Source: Pseudomonadota bacterium (lineage in GTDB: Bacteria > Bdellovibrionota_B > Oligoflexia > Silvanigrellales > Silvanigrellaceae). From it: DNA of 38,495 nucleotides. The notes under the pieces were generated by a model, which was not told where the DNA came from, did no database searches, and saw nothing but the letters and a program-made list of their open reading frames with translations. The DNA lies in NCBI GenBank assembly GCA_039799905.1, contig JBDLRP010000016.1, forward strand, positions 1-38,495, given 5' to 3'. The position numbers were made by a program, and so were the translations under genes. Positions 20,995 to 30,082 of this stretch are shown here, piece after piece. Numbering within the stretch: position 1 is the first letter of the stretch; the number at the start of each line of letters is the position of its first letter.

Positions 20995-21921
20995 ATGAGA
21001 GATATATTGACCTCAGTGACGCAAGGAACTGCATTTTTAGTTCTCCTCCACTCAGCCCATGCTGCTGCATTTGTAAATCTGAGTGAGTGGAAAAAACCTA
21101 AGGTTTTTGGCCTTGCGCCATCCGCCGACACCGCGCAGGTTGGTACTATGATCCAATCCGGAAAGAACGCCTCCGCGGATCCACTGTTGAAAAAGACCAA
21201 TGCATCTTTGTTGGGACTTTATCCAATCATGCACGAGTTTGTCGGTGGTTTCACAGCCGGCGGAAACAGTGCCGAGATAAAAAATGTTACCACTCCACAG
21301 GGAAAGCAGACTCTAAAGACAAGCGCTTCATACGCAGAAATTGCAGGACTTTACGCATTCAGCGACAATCTCTCACTCTTTGTCGCACCGGGCTTCAGCA
21401 CAAAAACGGCAAAGACTGAAAAAGGTGAGACAAAGGAAAGCTTCATCACGCTGACCAGCTATAGCGTTTTGGCTGTGAGTGACACCTTGGGGCTGGGACT
21501 TGGTCTTTCCGGCAAAAGGAATGATCGCACACAGACGGTTATTCCATTGCTGGGTGGTGCGTGGCAACCCAACGCTGAATTCCGCTTGGACGGATGGCTG
21601 CCTGCGAACGTTCATGCGCGCTGGAAGTACAGCGCGAGCCAAGCACTCTTCGCAAGACTCGAACTCAATGGCGACACAGCGCTCTCAGAGCACCTCACCA
21701 CCTCCGAGAAAACGGATCTGCAGATGCTGGGCGCGCAATTCCTGATGGGTTGGTCGATAGGAATGCCGATTGGATTTGGAACAGGCTCTGTGCGCGTCGA
21801 TCCTTCACTGGGCGTCTTTAAGGGTCAATTGACTCAAACGAATACACAGACTGAGAAGCAAACCAAAACCAGCACAGAAATCAATCCAGTCGTCGACCTC
21901 AGAGTCGCCGTTGCTTTCTGA
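20995..21921 (+). CDS. Putative outer-membrane beta-barrel protein
   Basis: Signal peptide ending AHA, alternating amphipathic strands (LGLGLGLSG, IPLLGGAWQP), and a C-terminal beta-signal DLRVAVAF ending in Phe. Confidence 0.75.
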   Translation: MRDILTSVTQGTAFLVLLHSAHAAAFVNLSEWKKPKVFGLAPSADTAQVGTMIQSGKNASADPLLKKTNASLLGLYPIMHEFVGGFTAGGNSAEIKNVTTPQGKQTLKTSASYAEIAGLYAFSDNLSLFVAPGFSTKTAKTEKGETKESFITLTSYSVLAVSDTLGLGLGLSGKRNDRTQTVIPLLGGAWQPNAEFRLDGWLPANVHARWKYSASQALFARLELNGDTALSEHLTTSEKTDLQMLGAQFLMGWSIGMPIGFGTGSVRVDPSLGVFKGQLTQTNTQTEKQTKTSTEINPVVDLRVAVAF

Positions 21922-22062
21922 AGCAGGCAATCGTTTGGTCTGAAGGATTTCTGTGAGTCAGGACTTCTCCCAATACATGCATTATTGTCATTATTTTCGG
22001 AATGTTAAATTTCCACCGTAGTTTTGATCATGAAATATTTTTGTTGTGCCGATACACACCCT

Positions 22063-23607
22063 ATGAAGTGCGTGATGTATTTATGGACGGTGTGTATCGG
22101 TCTGGGCGGCTGTGCCGCTCAGAAGCCGGTCTGTTCGACGGCGAAATCCATCCCCGTGCTGAATGGATCAATTTACAACGAACTCAACGCACGAACTCTT
22201 CCTCCAGCATGGGGCGGAGTGATTGATCTTATCGAGGATCCGGACTCACCAGAAACATCAAAACGATCACGCTGCACGGTCAAGATGGATTACGTGCCGC
22301 TCGCCTCTGGACAATCTACGAACATCGCCAACCTTGCTTTTTGGACAGCGGACCACTGTTTGAATTTCAGCACAGCGCAAAGCGCGGAATTGAATTTGTT
22401 TGACCCAGATTTGAAAATTTTCCACCGCTTTGCGATTCGCCTGCCAGCGATGGAAGAATTCAAAGCAGGACTGAAGCTTTTTCAAGAGCGTTCAAAAACC
22501 ACCCCAGGCGGAGATGCTGCCTCCGACCTTGCGGCTTTTCAGGAAGCCGGAAAACGCAATCCTGTGTCTTTGGACAATAGCGGCACTCAAATCATTGAGC
22601 GTGGTTCTGCTGCCTGTCAGACTGATACGGCTTCATTCAAATCGTCTTCGCCCGGATTGACCGCCATCTGCAGCACTGTGCTTGATCTTGCGCGACTTGA
22701 GGCCACTGCGGATTCCGCCGCGCTCAATCGAACGGATGTGAAGGGAGCTTTAGAACGATTGAGCGCTTACCTGCAGAGCGCCGAGAAGAAACGCTTTGAC
22801 GATGCCGTCATTCTTGTCCCACCCATCCCGATTCCAGGTACAACAAGAACTCTCCAATCCGACTTCCTGTTTTTTCTCAACAATTGGCGTCTCAAAATCA
22901 TGCAAATGACTCGTTGGCGCGGGCTGGAGTCACAATCTTCACTCATCGAAAAAGTGCGCAACTGCGCTGCTGATGAGACGGAAGGAATTTGCGCTGCGCC
23001 TTTTAGAACTTTTTTCAATGATGCACTGAGCGAGTATGCGGGCTGGAACGTCAGCTCTAAAACTTATCCGGTTGCACTTCATGATGAAGTCAATGCTCCG
23101 GAAACACCCACCAAACACAACCTTCCATGGATTATCAAAGGACAGAATGATATCAAAAACTTTGCTTTTTTGAGCGCAGAAAGCAGCTTTGCCAGCAATT
23201 TTCTCCGCAAGGGAGTGACAGCCACCGTCTCCTCAACTTTACCGGTACTCGGAGAATCGGGAGCATTGTTCTTTGGCCTCGCAACACCGTTTCAGATGAT
23301 CGGTGCAGATTCTAATACCGACCCAACATCAATTATAAAGTTTTACGCAAAAACCGTCTTGATTCCCTATGCGACCACCTCCAATGCAGGGCTGTCGTTT
23401 TTACTGCAACCGGGAGACTCGGGCTCGGTTTGGATCGTGAACAACACACCTATCGGAGTGGTTGCAACTGTCGACGGAGTCGAGACCTCCGGTGGGGCTT
23501 CGGTCCGCCCGCTTCCAGAAATTCCCGAAGATGATGCCGCCTCACCAGAGACCCAAACCACCACGACCGCCCGGAAAAAAACTGGAAATCAACCGTTGTG
23601 CCTTTGA
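22063..23607 (+). CDS. Putative lipoprotein with divergent trypsin-like (S1) serine protease motifs
   Basis: Lipobox-like LGGC; WTADHCL (His), VLDLARL (candidate Asp), QPGDSGS (Ser). Start is uncertain (22030, 22063 or 22075). Confidence 0.7.
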   Translation: MKCVMYLWTVCIGLGGCAAQKPVCSTAKSIPVLNGSIYNELNARTLPPAWGGVIDLIEDPDSPETSKRSRCTVKMDYVPLASGQSTNIANLAFWTADHCLNFSTAQSAELNLFDPDLKIFHRFAIRLPAMEEFKAGLKLFQERSKTTPGGDAASDLAAFQEAGKRNPVSLDNSGTQIIERGSAACQTDTASFKSSSPGLTAICSTVLDLARLEATADSAALNRTDVKGALERLSAYLQSAEKKRFDDAVILVPPIPIPGTTRTLQSDFLFFLNNWRLKIMQMTRWRGLESQSSLIEKVRNCAADETEGICAAPFRTFFNDALSEYAGWNVSSKTYPVALHDEVNAPETPTKHNLPWIIKGQNDIKNFAFLSAESSFASNFLRKGVTATVSSTLPVLGESGALFFGLATPFQMIGADSNTDPTSIIKFYAKTVLIPYATTSNAGLSFLLQPGDSGSVWIVNNTPIGVVATVDGVETSGGASVRPLPEIPEDDAASPETQTTTTARKKTGNQPLCL

Positions 23608-23634
23608 GACTTTTGCGACCATGGCAAGGGAAGG

Positions 23635-24219
23635 TCAACGAAACAACAAAACACCAGCAGTGCAGTAAATCTTAGTCTTAATACCGCTAGGCAGGCGATT
23701 TTCCTTATCAACCCAAAAATCACCACTTTTGTCATTTATGCTGCGCTCATTTAATTTCCAGACAAAGAATTCCCTTTCCACGCCGAGATCAACAAAAAAA
23801 CCAGCCGACGTAGAGCCAATTAATTCTGAGCGATTGGGATTACTTTCCCAACGGACTCCTAGGTGAGCGTTGTAACCTGTGGCCCACGAGGCAGTTGTGG
23901 GGTTGCTCAGTAAACCGTCTGTTGAAAATAATTTTTGTTTAAAATAATTTTGATAGTCTTTCACAACATGAGCCGAAATACCGCCCGAAAAGCTAATACC
24001 AGGAGTGAGAGATGTGTGGCCCTCTGCGGCGAAATTAAGTGCATCATTCAATGCATCACCTGCGCCTAGTCCGAATCGCCATTTTGTATTCGATGTCGCA
24101 GTTTCCTCAAAAAGAACTGACAAACCAAATCCACCAAATGGCCCCGAGGGAAACACAGGAAAAACGAAAAAAGGTGTTGCATGCAACGAAAATGCAAATG
24201 CTGCTCCTACAAGACTCAT
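23635..24219 (-). CDS. Hypothetical exported protein, possibly a small beta-barrel
   Basis: 194-aa ORF with SD GGAGG, a short hydrophobic N-terminus ending LHA, and Gly/aromatic alternating strands. Confidence 0.65.
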   Translation of the reverse strand: MSLVGAAFAFSLHATPFFVFPVFPSGPFGGFGLSVLFEETATSNTKWRFGLGAGDALNDALNFAAEGHTSLTPGISFSGGISAHVVKDYQNYFKQKLFSTDGLLSNPTTASWATGYNAHLGVRWESNPNRSELIGSTSAGFFVDLGVEREFFVWKLNERSINDKSGDFWVDKENRLPSGIKTKIYCTAGVLLFR

Positions 24220-24263
24220 ATAACCTCCATTTTCCCGGAATCTCGCGTATCAAAATTCTATGT

Positions 24264-25397
24264 TCAGGACATTTCCAACAGCCCCTGGGCCGTCAGTGAC
24301 TGCTGCTGGTCTGTCAAATCAAAAAAAGTTTTCTCCCAGTATTCGTTCTCTTCAAAAAAGGAGAATGTTCTGCGGAAAAAGGGATCGTTCCAGCGGCCCG
24401 CAATCCACCCAAGATAATGAATCATCTTGAGCGTCCGCAGCGGTTCAACAAAAATCTCCCAGTCATTCGGCAGTGCACGAAAATCACGATAGCCCTCGGT
24501 GAGCAGACCAAGCGCGTAATCTGATGACGCAACATTCTCGAGATGATCGGGGACGATGATTCCGCACGTGGAGGCAAGCGGCCAGACGTCCTGCATTGCG
24601 AGCCCCATCTGACAATCATCAAAGTCGACAAACCAAAATTGCCCGCCCTCGGTCATCTGCACCAAGTTGAGACGGTGAAGATCTCCATGCACGGGAGTAA
24701 AAACATCCGCATGGGAAAGCCACTCCAACCCGCGTCCCACTTGTTCAATCAATTGAAACAGACCACCGCTGAACTGGCGCGGCACTCGGTTCCATTCTGT
24801 GAGGTTCTTTAATGGAGTGTGAACATACATGTCCAAGCTGAACTTAGGACGCACAAATTGAGCGGAGTCAATGTGACTCTCAAAAAGATTGTGCATGCGC
24901 GCGACTGTTCTGCCGATTCCAAGCAGATCTTTTTCCTCAAGCTCGAGGGGAACGCGGCCGTAGATTTTTTCCCAGACGGCAAAAGAAAAGATTCCTGCCT
25001 TGCCGAGAGTCGCAGACGTCGGGAAGGAGTGCGGCAGATCGCCGCGCAATTTGCTGCGCAGTGTTGACGCCTCAGGATGAATATAATCAGGCCTGATAAT
25101 CGGAATAAGTTTTGGAGTCTCGATGTTTTCTTCGGCAAGCAATCGCAGCAATGCATGCTCGCTCACCAGCATGGCCGGCGTCCAGCGCTGCGGACGATAA
25201 AACTTGATGATGATTTGCCCGACGCCGCGCGGCTGCTTTGGGTCCTCTATTTCAACCGCATAAACGCGATTTTCCATGCTGTTGAGCTGCTGAAAACGCC
25301 CTGTCGACCGCAATCCGGTGGATTCGGCGGCCGACAGGATGAGTTCGGCATCGAGTTGTGCGAAGTGGTCGGCAGATGCGCTGCTGATTTGATTCAC
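24264..25397 (-). CDS. srkA: Stress response Ser/Thr kinase SrkA (YihE/RdoA family)
   Basis: LNSMENRVY, KFYRPQRW, HGDLH, FVDFDD, EPLRTLKMIHYLGWIAGRWNDP. GTG 25397 forms a GTGA overlap with the upstream stop; alternative start 25430. Confidence 0.88.
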   Translation of the reverse strand: MNQISSASADHFAQLDAELILSAAESTGLRSTGRFQQLNSMENRVYAVEIEDPKQPRGVGQIIIKFYRPQRWTPAMLVSEHALLRLLAEENIETPKLIPIIRPDYIHPEASTLRSKLRGDLPHSFPTSATLGKAGIFSFAVWEKIYGRVPLELEEKDLLGIGRTVARMHNLFESHIDSAQFVRPKFSLDMYVHTPLKNLTEWNRVPRQFSGGLFQLIEQVGRGLEWLSHADVFTPVHGDLHRLNLVQMTEGGQFWFVDFDDCQMGLAMQDVWPLASTCGIIVPDHLENVASSDYALGLLTEGYRDFRALPNDWEIFVEPLRTLKMIHYLGWIAGRWNDPFFRRTFSFFEENEYWEKTFFDLTDQQQSLTAQGLLEMS

Positions 25398-26629
25398 TGT
25401 TGTGGCGGAATTGTCGGAGTTGAGGTGCACACGTAAGGCTTATTAGCATCACAACTGGTTGGCAAGCCGACTCCAGCAGTTTTGTTGAGGCAGAATGCAC
25501 TCGTACACAAGTCATCGATCTTTTTCTGGTCGTCTGGATTATTAATTGGATCTAGCTTTCCAATAATCTCATTGGCCTTTGCTTTTGCCTTATCCGCGGC
25601 TTCTGCCGTCGCAGTTCCCGTCTTGGCTGTTCCACCCTCCGATTTGCCCGCATCAAGATAGCTGTTGATGTTGTTCAATGCTGAATTCAAACCGTCGATA
25701 CCCTTGGAAATGCCAGACTTGATGCTTGCAGGAAGGTTTGTAGCACCAATCACGGCATCAATGATGCTGAATTGCGAAATCGCCAGCTTGAAGACTTCGC
25801 CCTGCAGTTGACTCAAAACATAGTTCAAGTCGTCGGTGGCTCTGGTGAGCGTCGCCACGTTTGCCGCAATGTCGCCGCCCGCGGTATTGAGACCGTCGAT
25901 TGAGGTCTTGGCAGCATTGGCCCGAACCTCAAGGTCAAATTTGCCGTCGCCATTTGCGTCCAAAATTGCTTTGTAGAGACTGGAGAATTGGCCGAGTGCC
26001 ATAGAGAGGGCCGCAATGCTGACGTTGGCATCGGTGCGGTCGCGTCCGTCGCCACATTTGCTGACTTCGAGCAGATCCAACGCACTGGCCGCTTTGGTTT
26101 TCAGAGCCGACATCGTTTCTTTCGAGAACAAGGGGCAAATTGCGAGAAATGCCTTTTGAAACGTGGCAAACTCTTCAATTTTCGCCCTGAGCTCGCTGAC
26201 GCTTGTCGTTGCTGACGCGTTTTCTTTCAACTCTTCAATAGTTTTGTCTGGCAAGCTTGATTTGCTCGTCAGGCTGGTAATATCGGATGAAGATGATCCA
26301 CCCGTGCTGCCGCCGGCAAACGACTTAATAAGTTCAATCGGTGTGATGCCCAGCGTTCCGTTATAGGCAAAAGCAAGACGGATGCGAGCTTCATCGTTGC
26401 TCGGGTCAACCACAATGACCTTTTCAAGCAGGCTTTGAGCCTTGGCATAGTCACCTGTGTCATAAGCGGCCTGGGCTTCCAACAAGAGACGGGAGGGAGT
26501 CTCGGCGCGGTCAGGATTTGCCAAAAAGCCACACGCCGAAACCACCGCGAAGGTCATGCTCAGCGAAACGAGCTTCAGTTTGCGCTGCACGTTTGTCTGT
26601 TTCATTGATTTGTCGGAATTGAGAATCAT
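25394..26629 (-). CDS. TPR-containing lipoprotein
   Basis: Lipobox VSAC; TPR LEAQAAYDTGDYAKAQSLLEKVIVVDPSNDEARIRLAFAY. Start set at ATG 26629 (alternative 26605); the longer ORF overlaps fusA. Confidence 0.78.
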   Translation of the reverse strand: MILNSDKSMKQTNVQRKLKLVSLSMTFAVVSACGFLANPDRAETPSRLLLEAQAAYDTGDYAKAQSLLEKVIVVDPSNDEARIRLAFAYNGTLGITPIELIKSFAGGSTGGSSSSDITSLTSKSSLPDKTIEELKENASATTSVSELRAKIEEFATFQKAFLAICPLFSKETMSALKTKAASALDLLEVSKCGDGRDRTDANVSIAALSMALGQFSSLYKAILDANGDGKFDLEVRANAAKTSIDGLNTAGGDIAANVATLTRATDDLNYVLSQLQGEVFKLAISQFSIIDAVIGATNLPASIKSGISKGIDGLNSALNNINSYLDAGKSEGGTAKTGTATAEAADKAKAKANEIIGKLDPINNPDDQKKIDDLCTSAFCLNKTAGVGLPTSCDANKPYVCTSTPTIPPQQ

Positions 26630-26778
26630 GGCGTGCCCCCCGCTGCCGAGACTTTCTGCGAATAGATGCTCTTTGATGTTAGCCAAGCGCAGAATAACCT
26701 CAATGTGAACTTTTTGCCGGTCGGGAGGCAGGCGGACAGACCGACGGTTTTGAATCGGCAAACCGACGGTCAAAAGAC

Positions 26779-28845
26779 TCAGACGAGTCCCATAATTTTG
26801 TCCTGCAGATTTTTTGGCACTGGCTCGTAGTGCGAGAACTGCATCGTGCTGCTGGCACGGCCCTGCGACAAGCTGCGGATGTCTGTTTCGTAACCAAAAA
26901 GCTCTGCGAGCGGGATTTCCGCCTGAACAACCTGCAAATGGCCGCGGGCATCGAGACCCAGCACCCGTCCGCGCCGGCCGTTCACGTCTGAAACGATTGT
27001 CCCGCTTGATTCGGGCGGCACAACAATTTCGACCTTCATAAATGGTTCCATCATGACTGGCGACGCTTTTTCCAAAGCTGCACGGGCTGCATTGGCCACT
27101 GCCACTTTGTAGCAAACTTCATCGACGAGCTGAGGGTCAAATGAAAAATCGGTGACCTCGACCTTGAGATTCACGAGAGGATAACCGCACAACGGCCCAC
27201 TGCTGACGGCGCCTTCAAGGCTTTCTCTGAGAGCAGCATAAATATTATTGGGAATGTTGGCTTTCTTGACAACATCCACTGCAGGAGCTCCGCGTTCGTC
27301 TGAGGCGACAACCTTGAGAGCAACCCATGCGGAGAAGTTTTTATTATTCACACTGCGCGAGAATTCTTCACGTGCAGCCGCAGATTTCGTGACCGATTCA
27401 CGGTAGCTCACCTGAGGCTTGCCGATATTGGCCTGCACCTTAAACTCTCGCAGCAGGCGATCGGCGATGATCTGCAAATGCAATTCGCCCATGCCCGAGA
27501 TCAGCACCTGACCCGTTTCTTCGGACGTACTCACACGCAATGAAGGGTCTTCCGTCGCCAGACGATTGAGGCTCTGCAGCAGTTTGTCGAGGTCAGCTGT
27601 CGACTTTGGCTCGACAGCAAGCGAAATGACCGGCTCGGGAAATTTCATAGCTTCATATGCGATAGGTGCATCAATCGCAGCCAGCGTGTCGCCGGTCACG
27701 GCAAATTTGAGTCCCACCAGTGCAACAATCTCGCCTGCCGAAACTTCCTCGACTTCGGCGCGATCGTTGGCATGCATCATGAGAATTTTTGTGACGCGTT
27801 CCTTCTTTTGCTTCAGCACATTCTGAACAGCATCGCCCACCTTCAGCTTTCCGCTGTAAATGCGCGCGAACGAAAGTGAACCCACGAACGGGTCGCTCAT
27901 AATTTTGAAGACAATCGCTGAGAACGGCGCATCCGCGGTGTGAGCGCGTTTTCCGGCGCCGACAATTCCCTCAACCTCTACTCCCTCAACTTGAGGAACA
28001 TCCAAAGGCGAGGGCAGGTAATCAACGATTGCGTTGAGCAAGGGCTGAATGCCTTTGTTCTTAAATGCAGTACCCATAAATACGGGCACGAGCTTCAGGC
28101 CGATGACCGCCTTGCGGAGTGCCGACTTGATCATCGCCGGAGAAACTTCGGCATCTGAGAGCACAGCTTCTGCGAGGGCATCGTCGAAGTCTGCGAGATT
28201 TTCGACCAGCTCCTGACGGTAAAGCTGGGCATCATCCATTAAACTTGCAGGTATAGATCCTTCTGTGAACGGCGAATCTTTGTCGTCGCCCTTCCACGTC
28301 CAAGCCTTCATTTCGACAAGATCAACCACGCCGGAGAAGGCGCTTTCAGAGCCAATAGGCAACTGTGCGAGTGCCACGCGAGCATTCAGTTTTGAACGCA
28401 TCGATTCGATACACATCTCGACATCGGCGCCCACCTTGTCCATCTTATTGAGGAACGCGATGCGCGGAACTTGGTAGCGTTCCGCCTGACGCCAAACCGT
28501 TTCGGACTGTGGCTCAACACCATTGGCTGCATCAAAAACAGCGACCGCACCGTCCAACACACGCAACGAGCGCTCAACCTCAATCGTAAAGTCTACGTGT
28601 CCGGGAGTGTCTATCAGGTTGATGCGCGTGTCTTTCCAGAAGACGGTCGTCGCAGCGGACGTGATCGTGATGCCACGCTCCTGCTCCTGCACCATCCAGT
28701 CCATCGTGGCAGTGCCCTCGTGAACTTCACCCAGCTTATGACTTTTTCCCGTGTAGTAGAGCAAACGTTCGGAGGTTGTTGTTTTGCCGGCGTCGATGTG
28801 CGCCATGATACCGATGTTGCGAAACAGACTGAGGTCGTGACTCAT
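26779..28845 (-). CDS. fusA: Elongation factor G, divergent in domain IV (EF-G2/recycling-type candidate)
   Basis: [51 protein letters not shown]; lies downstream of rpsL-rpsG. Confidence 0.95.
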   Translation of the reverse strand: MSHDLSLFRNIGIMAHIDAGKTTTSERLLYYTGKSHKLGEVHEGTATMDWMVQEQERGITITSAATTVFWKDTRINLIDTPGHVDFTIEVERSLRVLDGAVAVFDAANGVEPQSETVWRQAERYQVPRIAFLNKMDKVGADVEMCIESMRSKLNARVALAQLPIGSESAFSGVVDLVEMKAWTWKGDDKDSPFTEGSIPASLMDDAQLYRQELVENLADFDDALAEAVLSDAEVSPAMIKSALRKAVIGLKLVPVFMGTAFKNKGIQPLLNAIVDYLPSPLDVPQVEGVEVEGIVGAGKRAHTADAPFSAIVFKIMSDPFVGSLSFARIYSGKLKVGDAVQNVLKQKKERVTKILMMHANDRAEVEEVSAGEIVALVGLKFAVTGDTLAAIDAPIAYEAMKFPEPVISLAVEPKSTADLDKLLQSLNRLATEDPSLRVSTSEETGQVLISGMGELHLQIIADRLLREFKVQANIGKPQVSYRESVTKSAAAREEFSRSVNNKNFSAWVALKVVASDERGAPAVDVVKKANIPNNIYAALRESLEGAVSSGPLCGYPLVNLKVEVTDFSFDPQLVDEVCYKVAVANAARAALEKASPVMMEPFMKVEIVVPPESSGTIVSDVNGRRGRVLGLDARGHLQVVQAEIPLAELFGYETDIRSLSQGRASSTMQFSHYEPVPKNLQDKIMGLV

Positions 28846-28873
28846 GTGCTGACTCTTTCAGGTGCTAGTGACC

Positions 28874-28905
28874 AAAAAAAACAGCGCCGGTACAGGGCGC
28901 TGTTT
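28874..28905 (-). terminator. Intrinsic terminator between rpsG and fusA
   Basis: The minus strand reads AAACAGCGCC-CTGTACC-GGCGCTG followed by T8. Confidence 0.82.
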
Positions 28906-28928
28906 CTGCTTGAATGCGATGGCCGAAA

Positions 28929-29423
<495 letters not shown>

Positions 29424-29577
29424 TCAGTTCACCGACCTCAGCAACAACTGAAGTGCGGGTTCCTTACATCAGCTCGCGGACTGAAACTGAAAACGTTCCG
29501 CAAGCTGCCTCTTGCTGCAGACTTCAATCCGCACAACGGACTGACTCTGCGCGAAGCAACAAATCCAACCGGACTTG

Positions 29578-29991
29578 TTACTTCTTGCCTTTCTTTGCCG
29601 GTTCGGCGACAGCTGCGCCTCCCTTCGGCCTCTTGGCTCCGTATTTGGAGCGCGACTGGCGGCGCTTTGCAACACCGGCGGTGTCCAATGAACCGCGGAC
29701 GATGTGGTAACGCACACCGGGAAGGTCCTTTACACGACCACCGCGTACGAGAACGACGCTGTGCTCCTGAAGGTTGTGTCCTTCGCCTGGGATATAGGAA
29801 ATGACTTCAAAACCTGAAGTCAAACGAACTTTGGCAACCTTACGGATAGCTGAGTTCGGCTTCTTTGGCGTGGTTGTGTACACGCGAGTGCACACGCCAC
29901 GGCGTTGCGGGCAGTTCGCCATTGCCGGCGACTTACTGCGGTAGACTTTGGGGTGGCGCCCCTTTTCTACGAGCTGGTTAATGGTTGGCAT
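29578..29991 (-). CDS. rpsL: 30S ribosomal protein S12
   Basis: [41 protein letters not shown]. Confidence 0.99.
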   Translation of the reverse strand: MPTINQLVEKGRHPKVYRSKSPAMANCPQRRGVCTRVYTTTPKKPNSAIRKVAKVRLTSGFEVISYIPGEGHNLQEHSVVLVRGGRVKDLPGVRYHIVRGSLDTAGVAKRRQSRSKYGAKRPKGGAAVAEPAKKGKK

Positions 29992-30053
29992 CGCACACCT
30001 TTCTTATATGTATGCAAGAATAGCTTGTTTGTACCGCATTCAAGCAGGGCGGC

Positions 30054-30082
30054 ACCGTAGCGGCAAAGACCCCGATGGTCAA
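30054..30082 (-). promoter_or_regulatory. Putative sigma70 promoter of rpsL-rpsG
   Basis: Minus strand TTGACC-N17-TACGGT; the -35 element overlaps the ABC gene stop codon. Confidence 0.45.

Noticed and set aside
22029..22055. Possible sigma28 promoter (GCCGATAC at 22048)
   Set aside because: No convincing TAAA -35 element at the 15-nt spacing.
26739..26771. Imperfect inverted repeat just after fusA
   Set aside because: No U-tract on the coding strand and only one copy seen, so it cannot be called a terminator or REP element.
26630..27115. N-terminal 162 aa of the 573-aa ORF
   Set aside because: It overlaps the fusA 3' end in another frame, and the lipoprotein signal peptide begins only after 26629.
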